Assembly (NCBI GenBank): GCA_050250895.1 | Contig: JBFWNU010000002.1 | Location: forward strand, 535,659-599,658 | Length of the DNA: 64,000 nucleotides | From: Vulcanimicrobiota bacterium | GTDB taxonomy: Bacteria; Vulcanimicrobiota; Xenobia; Xenobiales; JADMJV01 | Direction of reading: 5' to 3' | Shown: positions 9,739 to 19,398 of the stretch, one piece after another | Layout: every line of letters starts with the position of its first letter | Numbering within the stretch: the stretch's first letter is position 1 | Translations under genes and position numbers: made by a program | Notes under the pieces: generated by a model | Databases searched by the model: none | What the model was told of the DNA's origin: nothing | Seen by the model: only the letters and a program-made list of their open reading frames with translations

Positions 9739-11871
9739 ATGCTCGAGTGGATCCCTGACCGACCGGCTTTGTGCAGCGATGCCAGTTGCACTCTTGACGT
9801 CTTAATCCGCATCACGCCGCCCCGACCCCAGCACCAGCAAGCGCGGCCCGACCTCAACCTCAATCTGGTCATCGACCGCTCGGGCTCGATGGAAGGGGCC
9901 AAGATCGACCTGACTCGCAAGGCCGCCTCGCTGGCGGTGCGTTACCTTCAGCCGAGCGACTATCTATCCATCGTGATCTTCGACGATCGCGTCGACGTGC
10001 TCATTCCCAGTCAGGCCGTCCGTCGCCCCGAGCAACTGTTGCCGCTCATCGAGGGCATCCAGGTGCGAGGCTCGACGGCCCTCTTTACTGGCTGGGCTCA
10101 GGCCGCCACCGAGGGAGGGCGCAACCTGTCCGCCACCCGCCTCAATCGCGTGGTGCTGCTCACCGATGGCCAGGCCAACGTCGGCCAGACCAACCCCGAC
10201 GTTATTTGCAACGCCGTCCACCAGGCCGCCGTCAACGGCCTGCAAACTACCACCCTGGGTTTCGGAGCCGACTACAACGAGGCGCTGCTTCGTTCCATGG
10301 CGGCCAGTGGGGGAGGCAACCACTTCTTCGTCGAGACACCCGAGCAGTTGACCCAGGTTTTCGAGGTCGAACTGGATGCCCTGGCCTCGACGGTCGGAAG
10401 CCAAACCAGGCTGCGCCTCTTGCCGCTGGCCGAGGGGGTGACCATCGAGCCCCTGGGCGAACTCGAGAGTCGCGACGGAGCCTATCTCCTTTCTGATCTG
10501 ATCGCCGACTTTCGCATCGAGCAGCTTTTCCGGCTGCATCTGCCAGCCGGCGTGGCCGCCCCCGTGACGGCCCGCCTCAGCTGGCACTCGCCCCAGGACG
10601 GCCAGGAGCACGGCCTCGACATCCCGCTCGAGTTGCCCCTGATGACCAGCGCTCAGCGCCTTGCCCTCGAGGCCCATCCCGAGGTGGAACAGAGCCTGGC
10701 CGTGGCCATGGCCGCCCGGGCCCGCCGTGAAGCCATCGCGGCCATGCAGGCCGGACGCCGCGACGACGCCTCGCGCCTGCTCGACCGGGCTCTCCGGACC
10801 CACAAGCTGCCCGAGGGTGAAAAGAGCCGTCTCGAGCGCCTCAAGGGTACCCTCGACCGCGGCGATGTCAACGTGACCAGTAAGATGGCCATGTCTCAGA
10901 GTTATAGCTACAGTCGCGGCAGCGTCAACCTGGGCGGCATCGAAGGCCACATCATCGAAGGTCTGGTGACCAGCGGCACCCTGCCTATTCGCCTGGGCGC
11001 CTTCGTGACCCGGGGCCCGGCCGCCGCGCAGCGCGGCCAGGCCCGGAGCCAGGGCATGCTGCGGGGTCTTTTCGCGGGCGCCGCGGGCAGCGAGGCCGCC
11101 GCTCTCTCGTTAGCCACCCTGCGGGCCCTGGGCTACGATACCAACCCTCTGCAGTTCAACGTGAACCTGGTCGAAACGCTGGCCAAAGCTCCGGTAGCCC
11201 AGCCCTCGGCCTCATTTCTCGAGTTCCAGGAACGCTTCCGCCAGGGGGTCAAGTGGCCCCACACGGGGGTGGCCACTCCCGATGCCGGGGCCTTGCGGCG
11301 CATCGCCCCTCTGACCTTGGGGCGCCTTCGCCAGGGAGGCGTCAAAGCGGTCGCTTTCGTGCTGCTCGGCAGCGCCCTGACTCACAACAACACCGCTTCG
11401 CTGGTGAGCTGCCTGTGGTTCTCGTCGCTGCTGTGGGAGCTGATGGCCCAGCCTTCTCCGCCGGCACCCCACCGCTATCTCGATCACTTTCACCGCCTGG
11501 TGGGCGACCTCGAGACCGACACCACCTATCGCTCCCGCGCTCCCCGCTATGACGGCTGGGAGGGCAAGCTCTCGGAGTACACCGCCCTGGTCATCCCCGA
11601 AGCCCGTGCCCGCGGCCTGACGGTAGCCCAGGCGATGGCCGAGTGGGGCTCGGACGATTACCTCCTGGCCACCGTACCCAGTCTCCTCTATCTGCTCGAG
11701 AGCCACGCCCACCAACCCCAGCGCTGCCTACTCGAGGCCGCCGCTGCCCAGGACCCGGGCACCCTGGCGGCCCTGGCCGGCGCGGTCATGGGGGCTCTGC
11801 ACGGCACGCTACCCGACTGGAAGCTGGCGCCCGGCATCAACCAGGAGATCGAAAGGGTCTGCCGCTCCTAG
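9739..11871 (+). CDS. vWA domain fused to a degenerate ADP-ribosylglycohydrolase-like domain
   Basis: MIDAS DRSGSM and LLTDGQAN; ARH-like AGALRRIAPL, LTHNN and LAGAVMGALHG. Start chosen at ATG 9739. Confidence 0.8.
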   Translation: MLEWIPDRPALCSDASCTLDVLIRITPPRPQHQQARPDLNLNLVIDRSGSMEGAKIDLTRKAASLAVRYLQPSDYLSIVIFDDRVDVLIPSQAVRRPEQLLPLIEGIQVRGSTALFTGWAQAATEGGRNLSATRLNRVVLLTDGQANVGQTNPDVICNAVHQAAVNGLQTTTLGFGADYNEALLRSMAASGGGNHFFVETPEQLTQVFEVELDALASTVGSQTRLRLLPLAEGVTIEPLGELESRDGAYLLSDLIADFRIEQLFRLHLPAGVAAPVTARLSWHSPQDGQEHGLDIPLELPLMTSAQRLALEAHPEVEQSLAVAMAARARREAIAAMQAGRRDDASRLLDRALRTHKLPEGEKSRLERLKGTLDRGDVNVTSKMAMSQSYSYSRGSVNLGGIEGHIIEGLVTSGTLPIRLGAFVTRGPAAAQRGQARSQGMLRGLFAGAAGSEAAALSLATLRALGYDTNPLQFNVNLVETLAKAPVAQPSASFLEFQERFRQGVKWPHTGVATPDAGALRRIAPLTLGRLRQGGVKAVAFVLLGSALTHNNTASLVSCLWFSSLLWELMAQPSPPAPHRYLDHFHRLVGDLETDTTYRSRAPRYDGWEGKLSEYTALVIPEARARGLTVAQAMAEWGSDDYLLATVPSLLYLLESHAHQPQRCLLEAAAAQDPGTLAALAGAVMGALHGTLPDWKLAPGINQEIERVCRS

Positions 11872-11884
11872 CGTCGGCTCGCAA

Positions 11885-12733
11885 ATGTATCGTCTAGCCC
11901 TACCTGCACCACCTCTGTCAGCGTTCATCGAGAACTACTGGTCGGTCTCGCCCGAGCCCGGTCAAGAGGTCGACTTGGTGGTGGAGGTCTATGTGGACGG
12001 CCGCGCCGACCTGATCTTCAACTTCGGAGCACCCTACCGGCGCACCCGGCTGGGTGAGAGGCCAGTCAGCCACCACCATTCCAACCTCGATGCCCAACGG
12101 ACCTATCCCATCAAAATCGAACAGAAGGGGCAAGTCGTGGTGACCGGTGTGCGCTTTCACCCGGGAGGGCTGGCTCCGTTCGTGGGCGGCTCGGTGGCGC
12201 GGTGGACCGACAATACCCCCGCCTTGAGCGAGGTGTTCGGCCCCGAGGGCCGACAACTCGAGGCCAGCCTGCGGGATTGTGAGCAGCTCGAGCAGCGCAA
12301 GCAACTCCTCGACACGTTCTTTTTGGACCGCTTGGACTTGACTGTCGGCTATCAGACCTTCAGTCAGATGTTGGTCCGCCTGCACGAGAATCCGACCCTG
12401 CCCCTCAAAACGCTAGCCGAGAGCTTTGGCCTGGCGCCGCGCACGGTCACTCGCAGCTTTCAGCAGCACCTCGGGTTGCTTCCCAGCACCTATGCCCGGG
12501 TGGTGCGTTTTCAACAGGCCATCCGCCGGCTGATGCACGGTCCCCAGGGCACGCTGGGTCAACTGGCTGCCGACTGCGGCTACTTCGATCAGGCTCACTT
12601 CGTGAAGGAATTCAAGCTCTTTGCGGGTGGAATTCCTGGTCGCTTCCGCAGCTATTTTCCGGCCCAGGGCCCCGACGACTTCGCTCCCAATCTTGTCACT
12701 TATTTACAAGACGACCGGGGCGGGCCTGGCTAG
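11885..12733 (+). CDS. AraC-family transcriptional regulator
   Basis: C-terminal LAADCGYFDQAHFVKEFK helix-turn-helix. Confidence 0.9.
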   Translation: MYRLALPAPPLSAFIENYWSVSPEPGQEVDLVVEVYVDGRADLIFNFGAPYRRTRLGERPVSHHHSNLDAQRTYPIKIEQKGQVVVTGVRFHPGGLAPFVGGSVARWTDNTPALSEVFGPEGRQLEASLRDCEQLEQRKQLLDTFFLDRLDLTVGYQTFSQMLVRLHENPTLPLKTLAESFGLAPRTVTRSFQQHLGLLPSTYARVVRFQQAIRRLMHGPQGTLGQLAADCGYFDQAHFVKEFKLFAGGIPGRFRSYFPAQGPDDFAPNLVTYLQDDRGGPG

Positions 12734-12742
12734 ACTGCTTGC

Positions 12743-13138
12743 ATGAGTAACGAAGAAGGCACCCGCGACAACCCCTGGCAGCTCAAGACCCCTCCAGGCA
12801 GCTCGGAATACACCATGTATCGCGATGGAGACCGACTGGTCTGCCAGGTCGGCAAGACCACCCTCTTCTACGACGCCCGCTGCCTCGAGGACCTACCGGC
12901 TATGTTGCGCGAAGCCGGGGATTGGGTTCTGCTCGGGAGCGCCGACGAGAACAAGCCCGCCGCCGCTGGCACGGTCGAGGCCTGGGGCCGCTCACCCGAC
13001 AATCCCATCGGGGGCTGGTATGGCCTCAAGAAAGGCCTGCGTGGCCGGTTCGCCATGTACGTGCCGCCACTGCTCGAGCGGCTCGGCCTGGTTGAACTCG
13101 AGCACCAGGCCCGCAACAATCGGGTGCGCGCACTCTAG
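12743..13138 (+). CDS. Conserved hypothetical protein (DUF6855-like)
   Basis: PWQLKTPPGSSEYTMY motif. -10 TAGACT lies 6 nt before the ATG (leaderless). Confidence 0.75.
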   Translation: MSNEEGTRDNPWQLKTPPGSSEYTMYRDGDRLVCQVGKTTLFYDARCLEDLPAMLREAGDWVLLGSADENKPAAAGTVEAWGRSPDNPIGGWYGLKKGLRGRFAMYVPPLLERLGLVELEHQARNNRVRAL

Positions 13139-13535
13139 AGGTCGATCACGATCGGCGGTCGCGTAGGGCGGTAGTCTTCGTCGCAAATGCAGGCGTTGAC
13201 AAATCGCGTCGGCCCTTCCTGCAGTTGCCCATAGCCCAGATGCACATGGCCGAAGACATGAAGTTGATGCCGTGCTTGACCCACATTTCGGCATAGCGAC
13301 GATGCTTGTAGAACGGCCAGTCGTGGTTGCCGGCGATAAAGAGCTTGTGCCGGTGAGGCTGGCGCCCGAGCCAGGCGTCGAAGGCCTTGACCTCGCCTTT
13401 GGTTCCATGGTTGCAGAGGTCTCCCGCGTGAAGCAAAATATCACCCTCGGGCACTTCCACCTGCTCGTGCAGACTATGGGTGTCAGACAGGCAGACGACT
13501 CTTGGCGAGATCGCGACTTCGTCCACGGTGGGCAT
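13135..13535 (-). pseudogene. Metallophosphoesterase (MPPED-like) with internal deletion and frameshift
   Basis: N-half has SDTH, HAGD and GNHD. The C-terminus LHVFGHVHLGYG...FVNACIC...PIVIDL* is in another frame, and the middle is missing. Confidence 0.8.
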
Positions 13536-13559
13536 CTGGCCATCTTTCCCCGCGCCGCG

Positions 13560-13900
13560 TCGGCGGGTTGCCTGGCAGCCGAGCTGCGGCGAGCCGACTT
13601 CCGCGGACCACGCTGCCGAGTGGCCAAACCCGCCGCGCCCGCCAGCGGCGCCGTCTCTTCCAGCTGGAATATGGGACCGTGGGGCAGGGCGAAGTGGCCA
13701 TTGCGACCGTGGCCAGGCGGCGGTTGCCTGGCAGCCGGGCAGAGGGCCCCCAGGTTTGCCCGGCGCGAGCCGACAACACCGCTGCGGGCGAGCCTAATTC
13801 GGCGGACCACGCTGCCGAGTGGCCAAACCCGCCGCGCCCGCCAGCACCGCCGACTCTTCCAGCTGGAAGATGGGACTCCACGGGCCCACACGTTCCAGTC
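13560..13900. repeat. Left direct-repeat flank of the HNH gene, with palindrome TTCCAGCTGGAA
   Basis: ~75-nt near-identical blocks at 13603 and 13802. Palindromes at 13658 and 13857. Confidence 0.8.
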
Positions 13901-13928
13901 GAGTGAGGCGGCCAATGCCTGGGGTCTC

Positions 13929-15167
13929 TCACGGCGAGAGCGCTCCTGGCACCAGTGGCGGGCCGGCGGCCGGCCAGGGTCCCAGGGCTGACCCGACCGC
14001 CCGGCGTTGCAGAGCGGCATCCCGGGCAGCCCGCCATTCCGGTCGATTCGCGAAGTCTTGGTCGTGCTCAGCAGCGTGGCAACCCGGACACAACAGCTCC
14101 AGGTCCTCCAGTCGATGTCGCCTGGTGTCGGACCAGGCGCGAACGTGATGCACTACCAGGTTACCTCCCGTGCACGAACAACGCTCACAACGGCCCAGAG
14201 CCCGGGCATACACCGCTCGCACCAAGCCAACCGGAAGCCCCGGCCGGGTCTTGGACCGAACCGGTTGCAGCGGCAACTGCTCGGCTTGGCCACTTCCAGC
14301 TGAGAGTCTCGTGTCGGCGCAAGCCACCACGATGCCGGGTTCTTTCATCGCCTCGTCAACGGCCTCCGGCTCGGCCGGTAAGAGTCCGCGGTCGGTATCA
14401 TAAAAGCCCTGGCCGGTCTCGGCGTTCACGTGAACGATGACCTGATGTCGCACTTTGCTGCGATTGTCGGCTGAGGCCAGCACCAATCTAGCCATCTCGG
14501 CCACCGCCGTCTCCTTGCTCACCCGCTTGCCCCGGCGGGCCTCGACCAGACGCTTCGCCTGCTCGTAGCGAGCGTATTGCTCGGGCGTCATCAACAGAGT
14601 GACCTGCCTTAACTTCGGCACTTCGGGGACCGTGGCTGGCTGGATGGTGGGGGTCGAGGCCGGCTTCGCGGGCTCATCTACCGTTAGCTCGGGCTGACTC
14701 TGGCGAGCTTCGAGCGAGGCCTTTAGGGCCTGGCCACGCTTGTGCTGCGTGGGAGTCACAGCGACGGCGCGCTCGACCGCCTGAGCCTTGTTCTTGAGAG
14801 CGAACTCCAGCATTTCGGCCTCGTTCTCAGGCGTCGTGATCCGCTTCAGCGCGCGGACCTTGCTCCAGCAGAGTCTGCCCTCGCGAAAGGCTTCTGAAAG
14901 AAGAGGCAGTTGCTCGAGAGTCTTGGCCAGACTGAGAAGTTCGCCGGCCTTTTGGGGATGCAGATTTAAATGGGTAACGGCGTAACCCACGGCACTGCCG
15001 CTGCCCAGGTGGCGATAGAGGCCGCTGCGCTCGGTGGCCAGCAGATGGGCTGCCAGTTGCCACTCGCAACCAAAGGCCCGCTGGCTCGCCTGGTGATTTC
15101 TTTGATGGAGTTCCTGGTGGGAGAGTTGTTGCAGCGATTGAGAAAACACCGATAAAGTTAAAGACAT
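13929..15167 (-). CDS. DUF222-like domain plus C-terminal HNH endonuclease
   Basis: LEQLPLLSEAFREGRLCWSKVRAL; CERC..VHHV..LLCPGCHAAEH. RBS GGAGGT before ATG 15167. Confidence 0.88.
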   Translation of the reverse strand: MSLTLSVFSQSLQQLSHQELHQRNHQASQRAFGCEWQLAAHLLATERSGLYRHLGSGSAVGYAVTHLNLHPQKAGELLSLAKTLEQLPLLSEAFREGRLCWSKVRALKRITTPENEAEMLEFALKNKAQAVERAVAVTPTQHKRGQALKASLEARQSQPELTVDEPAKPASTPTIQPATVPEVPKLRQVTLLMTPEQYARYEQAKRLVEARRGKRVSKETAVAEMARLVLASADNRSKVRHQVIVHVNAETGQGFYDTDRGLLPAEPEAVDEAMKEPGIVVACADTRLSAGSGQAEQLPLQPVRSKTRPGLPVGLVRAVYARALGRCERCSCTGGNLVVHHVRAWSDTRRHRLEDLELLCPGCHAAEHDQDFANRPEWRAARDAALQRRAVGSALGPWPAAGPPLVPGALSP

Positions 15168-15459
15168 AAGACCTCCGGTCGAAGAAGAATCAAGCAGTGA
15201 TCTCATTTTACTCAAGAAAATCACCTTGATCAACGCGTTCAAACGGCTTGGCTGCAGCGTTTTGTTGGCTCTGCGCAGGTTTGCGCGAGAAGGGCTTGCG
15301 GTGGCGAAACGACTTCGCCAGCCCTTGGTGTCGTGGGAGTGGCTGACAGCGCCGGGCAGGGGCTGCTGCGAGGAGTTTGAGGTCGGACCTGTGTTCACTA
15401 GAAAGCTCGTCTCTGCGAATGTTAAGGTTTGATAATATTGTGCGGCGGCATCGGACTCG

Positions 15460-16050
15460 CCAGGACCGCCAACTGGAAGACGGGCTTCGCAGGCCCACCC
15501 CGGCCAGCCCGAGGGCCGCGACCCGCCGGGCAAGACCAGCCAGGTGCCGACGACGGTCGCGGCGTCTGCAAGACGGCCCCGCCCCTTGCCAGCGGCGCCG
15601 GGCTCACCCGCCGCGCCGAGTCCTTCCAGCTGGAAGACGGGCTTCGCCAGCCCACCCCACCCAGGCCCGGTAATTCGGCAGCACCCACTGACGAGTTCGG
15701 CGTACCACGCTGCCGAGTGCCAATCCGCGAGCCCGCTCGCGGAGTCGCCGAGTCCACGCGACTCGCCAGCCCCGAGTACTTCCAGCTGGGGGCCCAACTC
15801 GCCGAGCCCGCCACCCGCCGAGAACACCAAGACAGGGCTCGCCTCGCGGCGCCGACTACTTCCAGCTGGAAGACGGGATACGTCAGGCCCGCCTCCCAGG
15901 CCCGACAGATTCGGCAGCCCACACTGCCGAATTCGGCGTGCCATGCTGCCAAATGGCCTACCCGTCGCCCCTCGCCAAGACCCGCCAAGCCCCCCGGGCT
16001 CGCCGAGGCCACAAAAGCTCGCCGAGGCAAGAGCTCGCCGAGCCCATCGG
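15460..16050. repeat. Right direct-repeat flank of the HNH gene, with TTCCAGCTGGAA palindromes
   Basis: Palindromes at 15624 and 15860, partial copies at 15469 and 15780. CCACGCTGCCGAGTG is shared with the left flank. Confidence 0.75.
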
Positions 16051-16067
16051 ACTCACCGCGCCCACGG

Positions 16068-17003
16068 TTAGCGCAGTGAGGCGGCTAGCGCCTCGAGGAG
16101 AGCGGGGGCGGTGGGGCGGGCGGGACGGGGGGTGAGGCAGAGTAGCTCGAGGTAGCTATCGGCCCAGGGCAGGGAGCGGACGGCGCCGCCCCATTCCTGG
16201 CCCTGCCAGAGGAACTCGGCCTGAGCGCCTTCTTGCCAGAACAGTTCGTCGGCGAGGTCTTCGAGGCGACGGGGCGAAGCGGTGCGGCGTAGCGCTAGCA
16301 GGGTTCGCCAGCCGCCGAAGGTCGGACGGGCATAGCAGTTCTCCAGGGGTGAGTCGGGCAGGGGCGAGAAGCCCTCGGGGATGGTGGCCATGAAGGCGCC
16401 GGAGTGGATGCCGCCGGTGGCGGGAGGGCAGAGCTGGAAGGCGTCCCGGAAGGTCTTGGGCAGAGCGCGCACCCGACTTAGGGGGTGAGCGGGGCAGACT
16501 TTGTCGTGGACAGCCGCATCGCACGGCTCGTAGAGGGTCGGGCGAGGAGGGTAGAGCCAGTGCTTCGGACGTTGCCAGAAGCGCGGCGGCGGAGGATAGC
16601 TGAAGCCGTAAGGGTCGGCCGGGGGTCCGGGAGCAGCTACCAGGCGCGAGCGGGGCTGGCTCTTGACTGACTCGGCCGCCATGAACGTGAATTCGAAGTG
16701 ACCTTCGGCCACCGGCACGAGCTGGTGCAGGCGATAGGCCAGGCCGTGCTCGAGGGGGTATTTGATAGCGCCCGCGAGGCCATGAGAAGTCAGTTCGCAG
16801 CTGAGCAGGCCTCCTCCCAGGGTGGCCGCCAACCAGCGCAGGTCGTGGCGATAGGTGTCCAGCAGGTCGGGAGCCAGCGAAAGGGGGAGCGGACGATAGT
16901 CAACCGCCACTCGGTCGCTGTGGCGGGTGGTCCAGCTGAGGGAAGTGGCCGTCTGCTCGACCGGCCACCAGCCAGGCGGCGCTTTGAAGTCTAGGTGCTT
17001 CAA
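16068..17003 (-). CDS. Hypothetical protein
   Basis: 311-aa ORF overlapping the stop of the upstream AAA gene by 4 nt. Confidence 0.65.
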   Translation of the reverse strand: MKHLDFKAPPGWWPVEQTATSLSWTTRHSDRVAVDYRPLPLSLAPDLLDTYRHDLRWLAATLGGGLLSCELTSHGLAGAIKYPLEHGLAYRLHQLVPVAEGHFEFTFMAAESVKSQPRSRLVAAPGPPADPYGFSYPPPPRFWQRPKHWLYPPRPTLYEPCDAAVHDKVCPAHPLSRVRALPKTFRDAFQLCPPATGGIHSGAFMATIPEGFSPLPDSPLENCYARPTFGGWRTLLALRRTASPRRLEDLADELFWQEGAQAEFLWQGQEWGGAVRSLPWADSYLELLCLTPRPARPTAPALLEALAASLR

Positions 17004-19186
17004 AGCGAGATCGTCACCTCCCGGCCGTCATAGTCCAGGCGCAAGGTGGAACCGCGAAGGCCCGGGTGGGTGACCAGAAAGCGGGCCAGCGGCGTAACCA
17101 CCGCCTCTTCCACCAGACGCTGCAGGGGGCGGGCTCCGTAGCGACGGTCGTAGCCCTGGTGGGCCAGAAAGTCGAGCAGGGCCGGCGTATAGCTCAGTCG
17201 CAAGCTGCGGCTGGCCAGTCCCTCGCGAGTGTCCAGGCGAGCCAGTTCGAGCTCGGCGATGTGGCGAACGGTGACAGGCTCGAGGGGGTCGAAGGGAATG
17301 ACCGCGTCGATGCGGTTGAAGAACTCGGGTCGAAAAAAGGCTTTGACCTCGTGCTCAGGGGGAGGCGCCGCTCGATCGGGCGTCAACCCCAGGGCCGGCC
17401 GAGGTGTGCCCAGGTTGCTGGTCATCAAGAGCAGAGCGCTGCGAAAGGTCGTGACCCGGCCCAGGCCATCGAGCAGACGACCTTGATCGAACAAACTCAA
17501 GAGCAGGTCGAAGATTTCCGGGGCGGCTTTTTCGATCTCGTCAAACAAGATCACCGAGAAAGGTTGAGTGCGCAGGCGACGCACCAGCGGTCCGGGCTTC
17601 TGCGAGCTGCCCAGCAAGCGCTCGGCAGCGCCCGGGCCGGAGAACTCGGCCATGTCCAGGCGCAGCAGTCGTTGTTCGTCACCGAAGAAGAAGCGGGCCA
17701 GGGCCTTGGCCATCTCGGTCTTGCCCACTCCCGTGGGTCCCGTGAACAGCAGTACTCCCAACGGGCGTTCAGGGTCGTTGAGGCCCGCTTTGAAGGTCAA
17801 GACCGTCGAGGTGACTCGACGGCAGGCGGCCGGCTGCCCCACCACCTGGGCCTGGAAGGTCTCGAAGACCTCGTCGGGCTCGAGGGTGAGATCATCGCGC
17901 AAGAATACCTCTTGCAGCCCGGTGATGCGCGAGAATTCGTTGACCACTCGAGGTAGGTCAGGGGCGGTGTCCTGGGCCAGCAGGGTGCGGAAGAATTCAG
18001 CGCTCGGTCCGGGAAAGGCCCGGTAGGGAAGGAAGCGCTGGTGAAGCTCGTAGATGGCCGTGACGATCTCGGGATGCACGCTGACGCGAGCACTATCGGC
18101 CATCTGCTGTAGCACGTCCAGAGCTTCCAGCCGGCGAAACTCGGGCATGGGGTGGATCTCGAACAGTTCGGTCAGCCCGGGCATCAGGCGACGGCACACC
18201 TCGAGTTGGGCAGGCGTGCTCTCGGCCACCATTCTAAGTTCACCCCGTTCGAGGTAGGGTCGAAAGAACGAGGCCAGGCTGTAGTCCGTTCCGGAGCTTC
18301 CCACCGTGATCAGGGCTAGCAGGTTGTCGAGGCATAGCCAGCCGTCGCACGCGGTGAGTTCCTCCACCAACCGCTCGCAGCGTTCTTCCCATTGGCCTAG
18401 ATAGCGCATGCCGGCGATGATGCGGGCTGCCCCGGTGTAGTGAAAGCGCGGGCGCCCGCCCCGGCTGCGCCCGATTTTGCGGGCCACTGCGGCAGCCAGA
18501 GTCGTCTTGCCGGCTCCTGGGGGCGCCACCAGCAGCACGTTGCTCTGCCGTTGCGTCAAGGCCGTAACCAGGCTTTCTTGCAGTAGCCTGCGACCATAGG
18601 CTGGGCCGAGCTGGCGACGGTATTCGGGCGAGTCGAGAGGGTCGGCCACCGCCTCTAATTGACCGGCCCTGGCCAACAACGGACCGCTCGAGGCGACCGT
18701 ATTCTTGCTCCGCAAGAAACTCAGCCATAGCTCGTCTGGCGGCAGGTAGGCTCGCAACTGGCGGGGGGTGAGATGGGTCAAGCGCTCACGAACGTAATGA
18801 CGGATCAGTTTTCGCAGCGAGCGCTTTTCTTGGAAGAAGAATTGCAGATTCAACAGGGGCAGCGAGCACAGTCCCAGGCCGGACCGATGGCGCGCGGCCA
18901 CCGCCACCACCGGCACCGGCAACTCCACTGGGTAGGGGTGGAGCCGGCCCTCTTCTTCGAATTCTGGCCGGACTTTGACCTCGAGCCGCAGCAGCTCGGC
19001 CTCGCTCAGGGTCGTGTGAGGGGGCGCCAGGTCCTCGTTCTGGCGCTCGGCCAACTGGCCACGCAGGTGGAGCATGGCCTCCTTTTCGGTCTCTCCCGCT
19101 CCAACCAGGCTGGGGTCCTCGACCAGCATGGCCAGGTGACGTTGCCGGAACTTCCAGACCAGAGTGGGAAACTGCGCGCTCGACAT
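17000..19186 (-). CDS. ClpA/ClpB-like double AAA+ ATPase with an atypical N-terminus
   Basis: APPGAGKT, GPTGVGKTE, FDEIEKA, FRPEFFNRID and YGARPL. Confidence 0.9.
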   Translation of the reverse strand: MSSAQFPTLVWKFRQRHLAMLVEDPSLVGAGETEKEAMLHLRGQLAERQNEDLAPPHTTLSEAELLRLEVKVRPEFEEEGRLHPYPVELPVPVVAVAARHRSGLGLCSLPLLNLQFFFQEKRSLRKLIRHYVRERLTHLTPRQLRAYLPPDELWLSFLRSKNTVASSGPLLARAGQLEAVADPLDSPEYRRQLGPAYGRRLLQESLVTALTQRQSNVLLVAPPGAGKTTLAAAVARKIGRSRGGRPRFHYTGAARIIAGMRYLGQWEERCERLVEELTACDGWLCLDNLLALITVGSSGTDYSLASFFRPYLERGELRMVAESTPAQLEVCRRLMPGLTELFEIHPMPEFRRLEALDVLQQMADSARVSVHPEIVTAIYELHQRFLPYRAFPGPSAEFFRTLLAQDTAPDLPRVVNEFSRITGLQEVFLRDDLTLEPDEVFETFQAQVVGQPAACRRVTSTVLTFKAGLNDPERPLGVLLFTGPTGVGKTEMAKALARFFFGDEQRLLRLDMAEFSGPGAAERLLGSSQKPGPLVRRLRTQPFSVILFDEIEKAAPEIFDLLLSLFDQGRLLDGLGRVTTFRSALLLMTSNLGTPRPALGLTPDRAAPPPEHEVKAFFRPEFFNRIDAVIPFDPLEPVTVRHIAELELARLDTREGLASRSLRLSYTPALLDFLAHQGYDRRYGARPLQRLVEEAVVTPLARFLVTHPGLRGSTLRLDYDGREVTISL

Positions 19187-19270
19187 TCGGGGGCATTCTC
19201 ACTCGAGCACGGCTTCTCCCGGGACCTTTCGGTCAAAAAAGTTAACATTGGCGAAACAAAATTGGAGCTC

Positions 19271-19325
19271 GTTTACAAGCCTTTAAGTTGCAATTCACTT
19301 CTTGTTAACACTCGCGCCCTATGCT
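19271..19325 (+). promoter_or_regulatory. Four 11-bp-phased NTTNA half-sites plus -10 TATGCT upstream of the fliF-like gene
   Basis: GTTTA 19271, TTTAA 19282, ATTCA 19293, GTTAA 19304, then 11 nt to TATGCT. Confidence 0.6.
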
Positions 19326-19398
19326 GAAAAGGCAGAGGTCGATCCCATGCGTGGCGGCGCGGGTCGACCGGGTCCACAAACGTGAGGAGTGTGCATTG

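Noticed and set aside
15168-15944. N-terminal 259 aa of the 671-aa HNH ORF
   Set aside because: This is read-through of repeat DNA. RBS GGAGGT supports ATG 15167.
19241-19310. Integron attC/attI sites suggested by GTTAAC motifs
   Set aside because: No integrase or cassette structure. The 11-bp phasing fits a regulator site better.
19321-19398. fliF start at 19321
   Set aside because: That ATG lies within the predicted -10. An RBS precedes ATG 19399.
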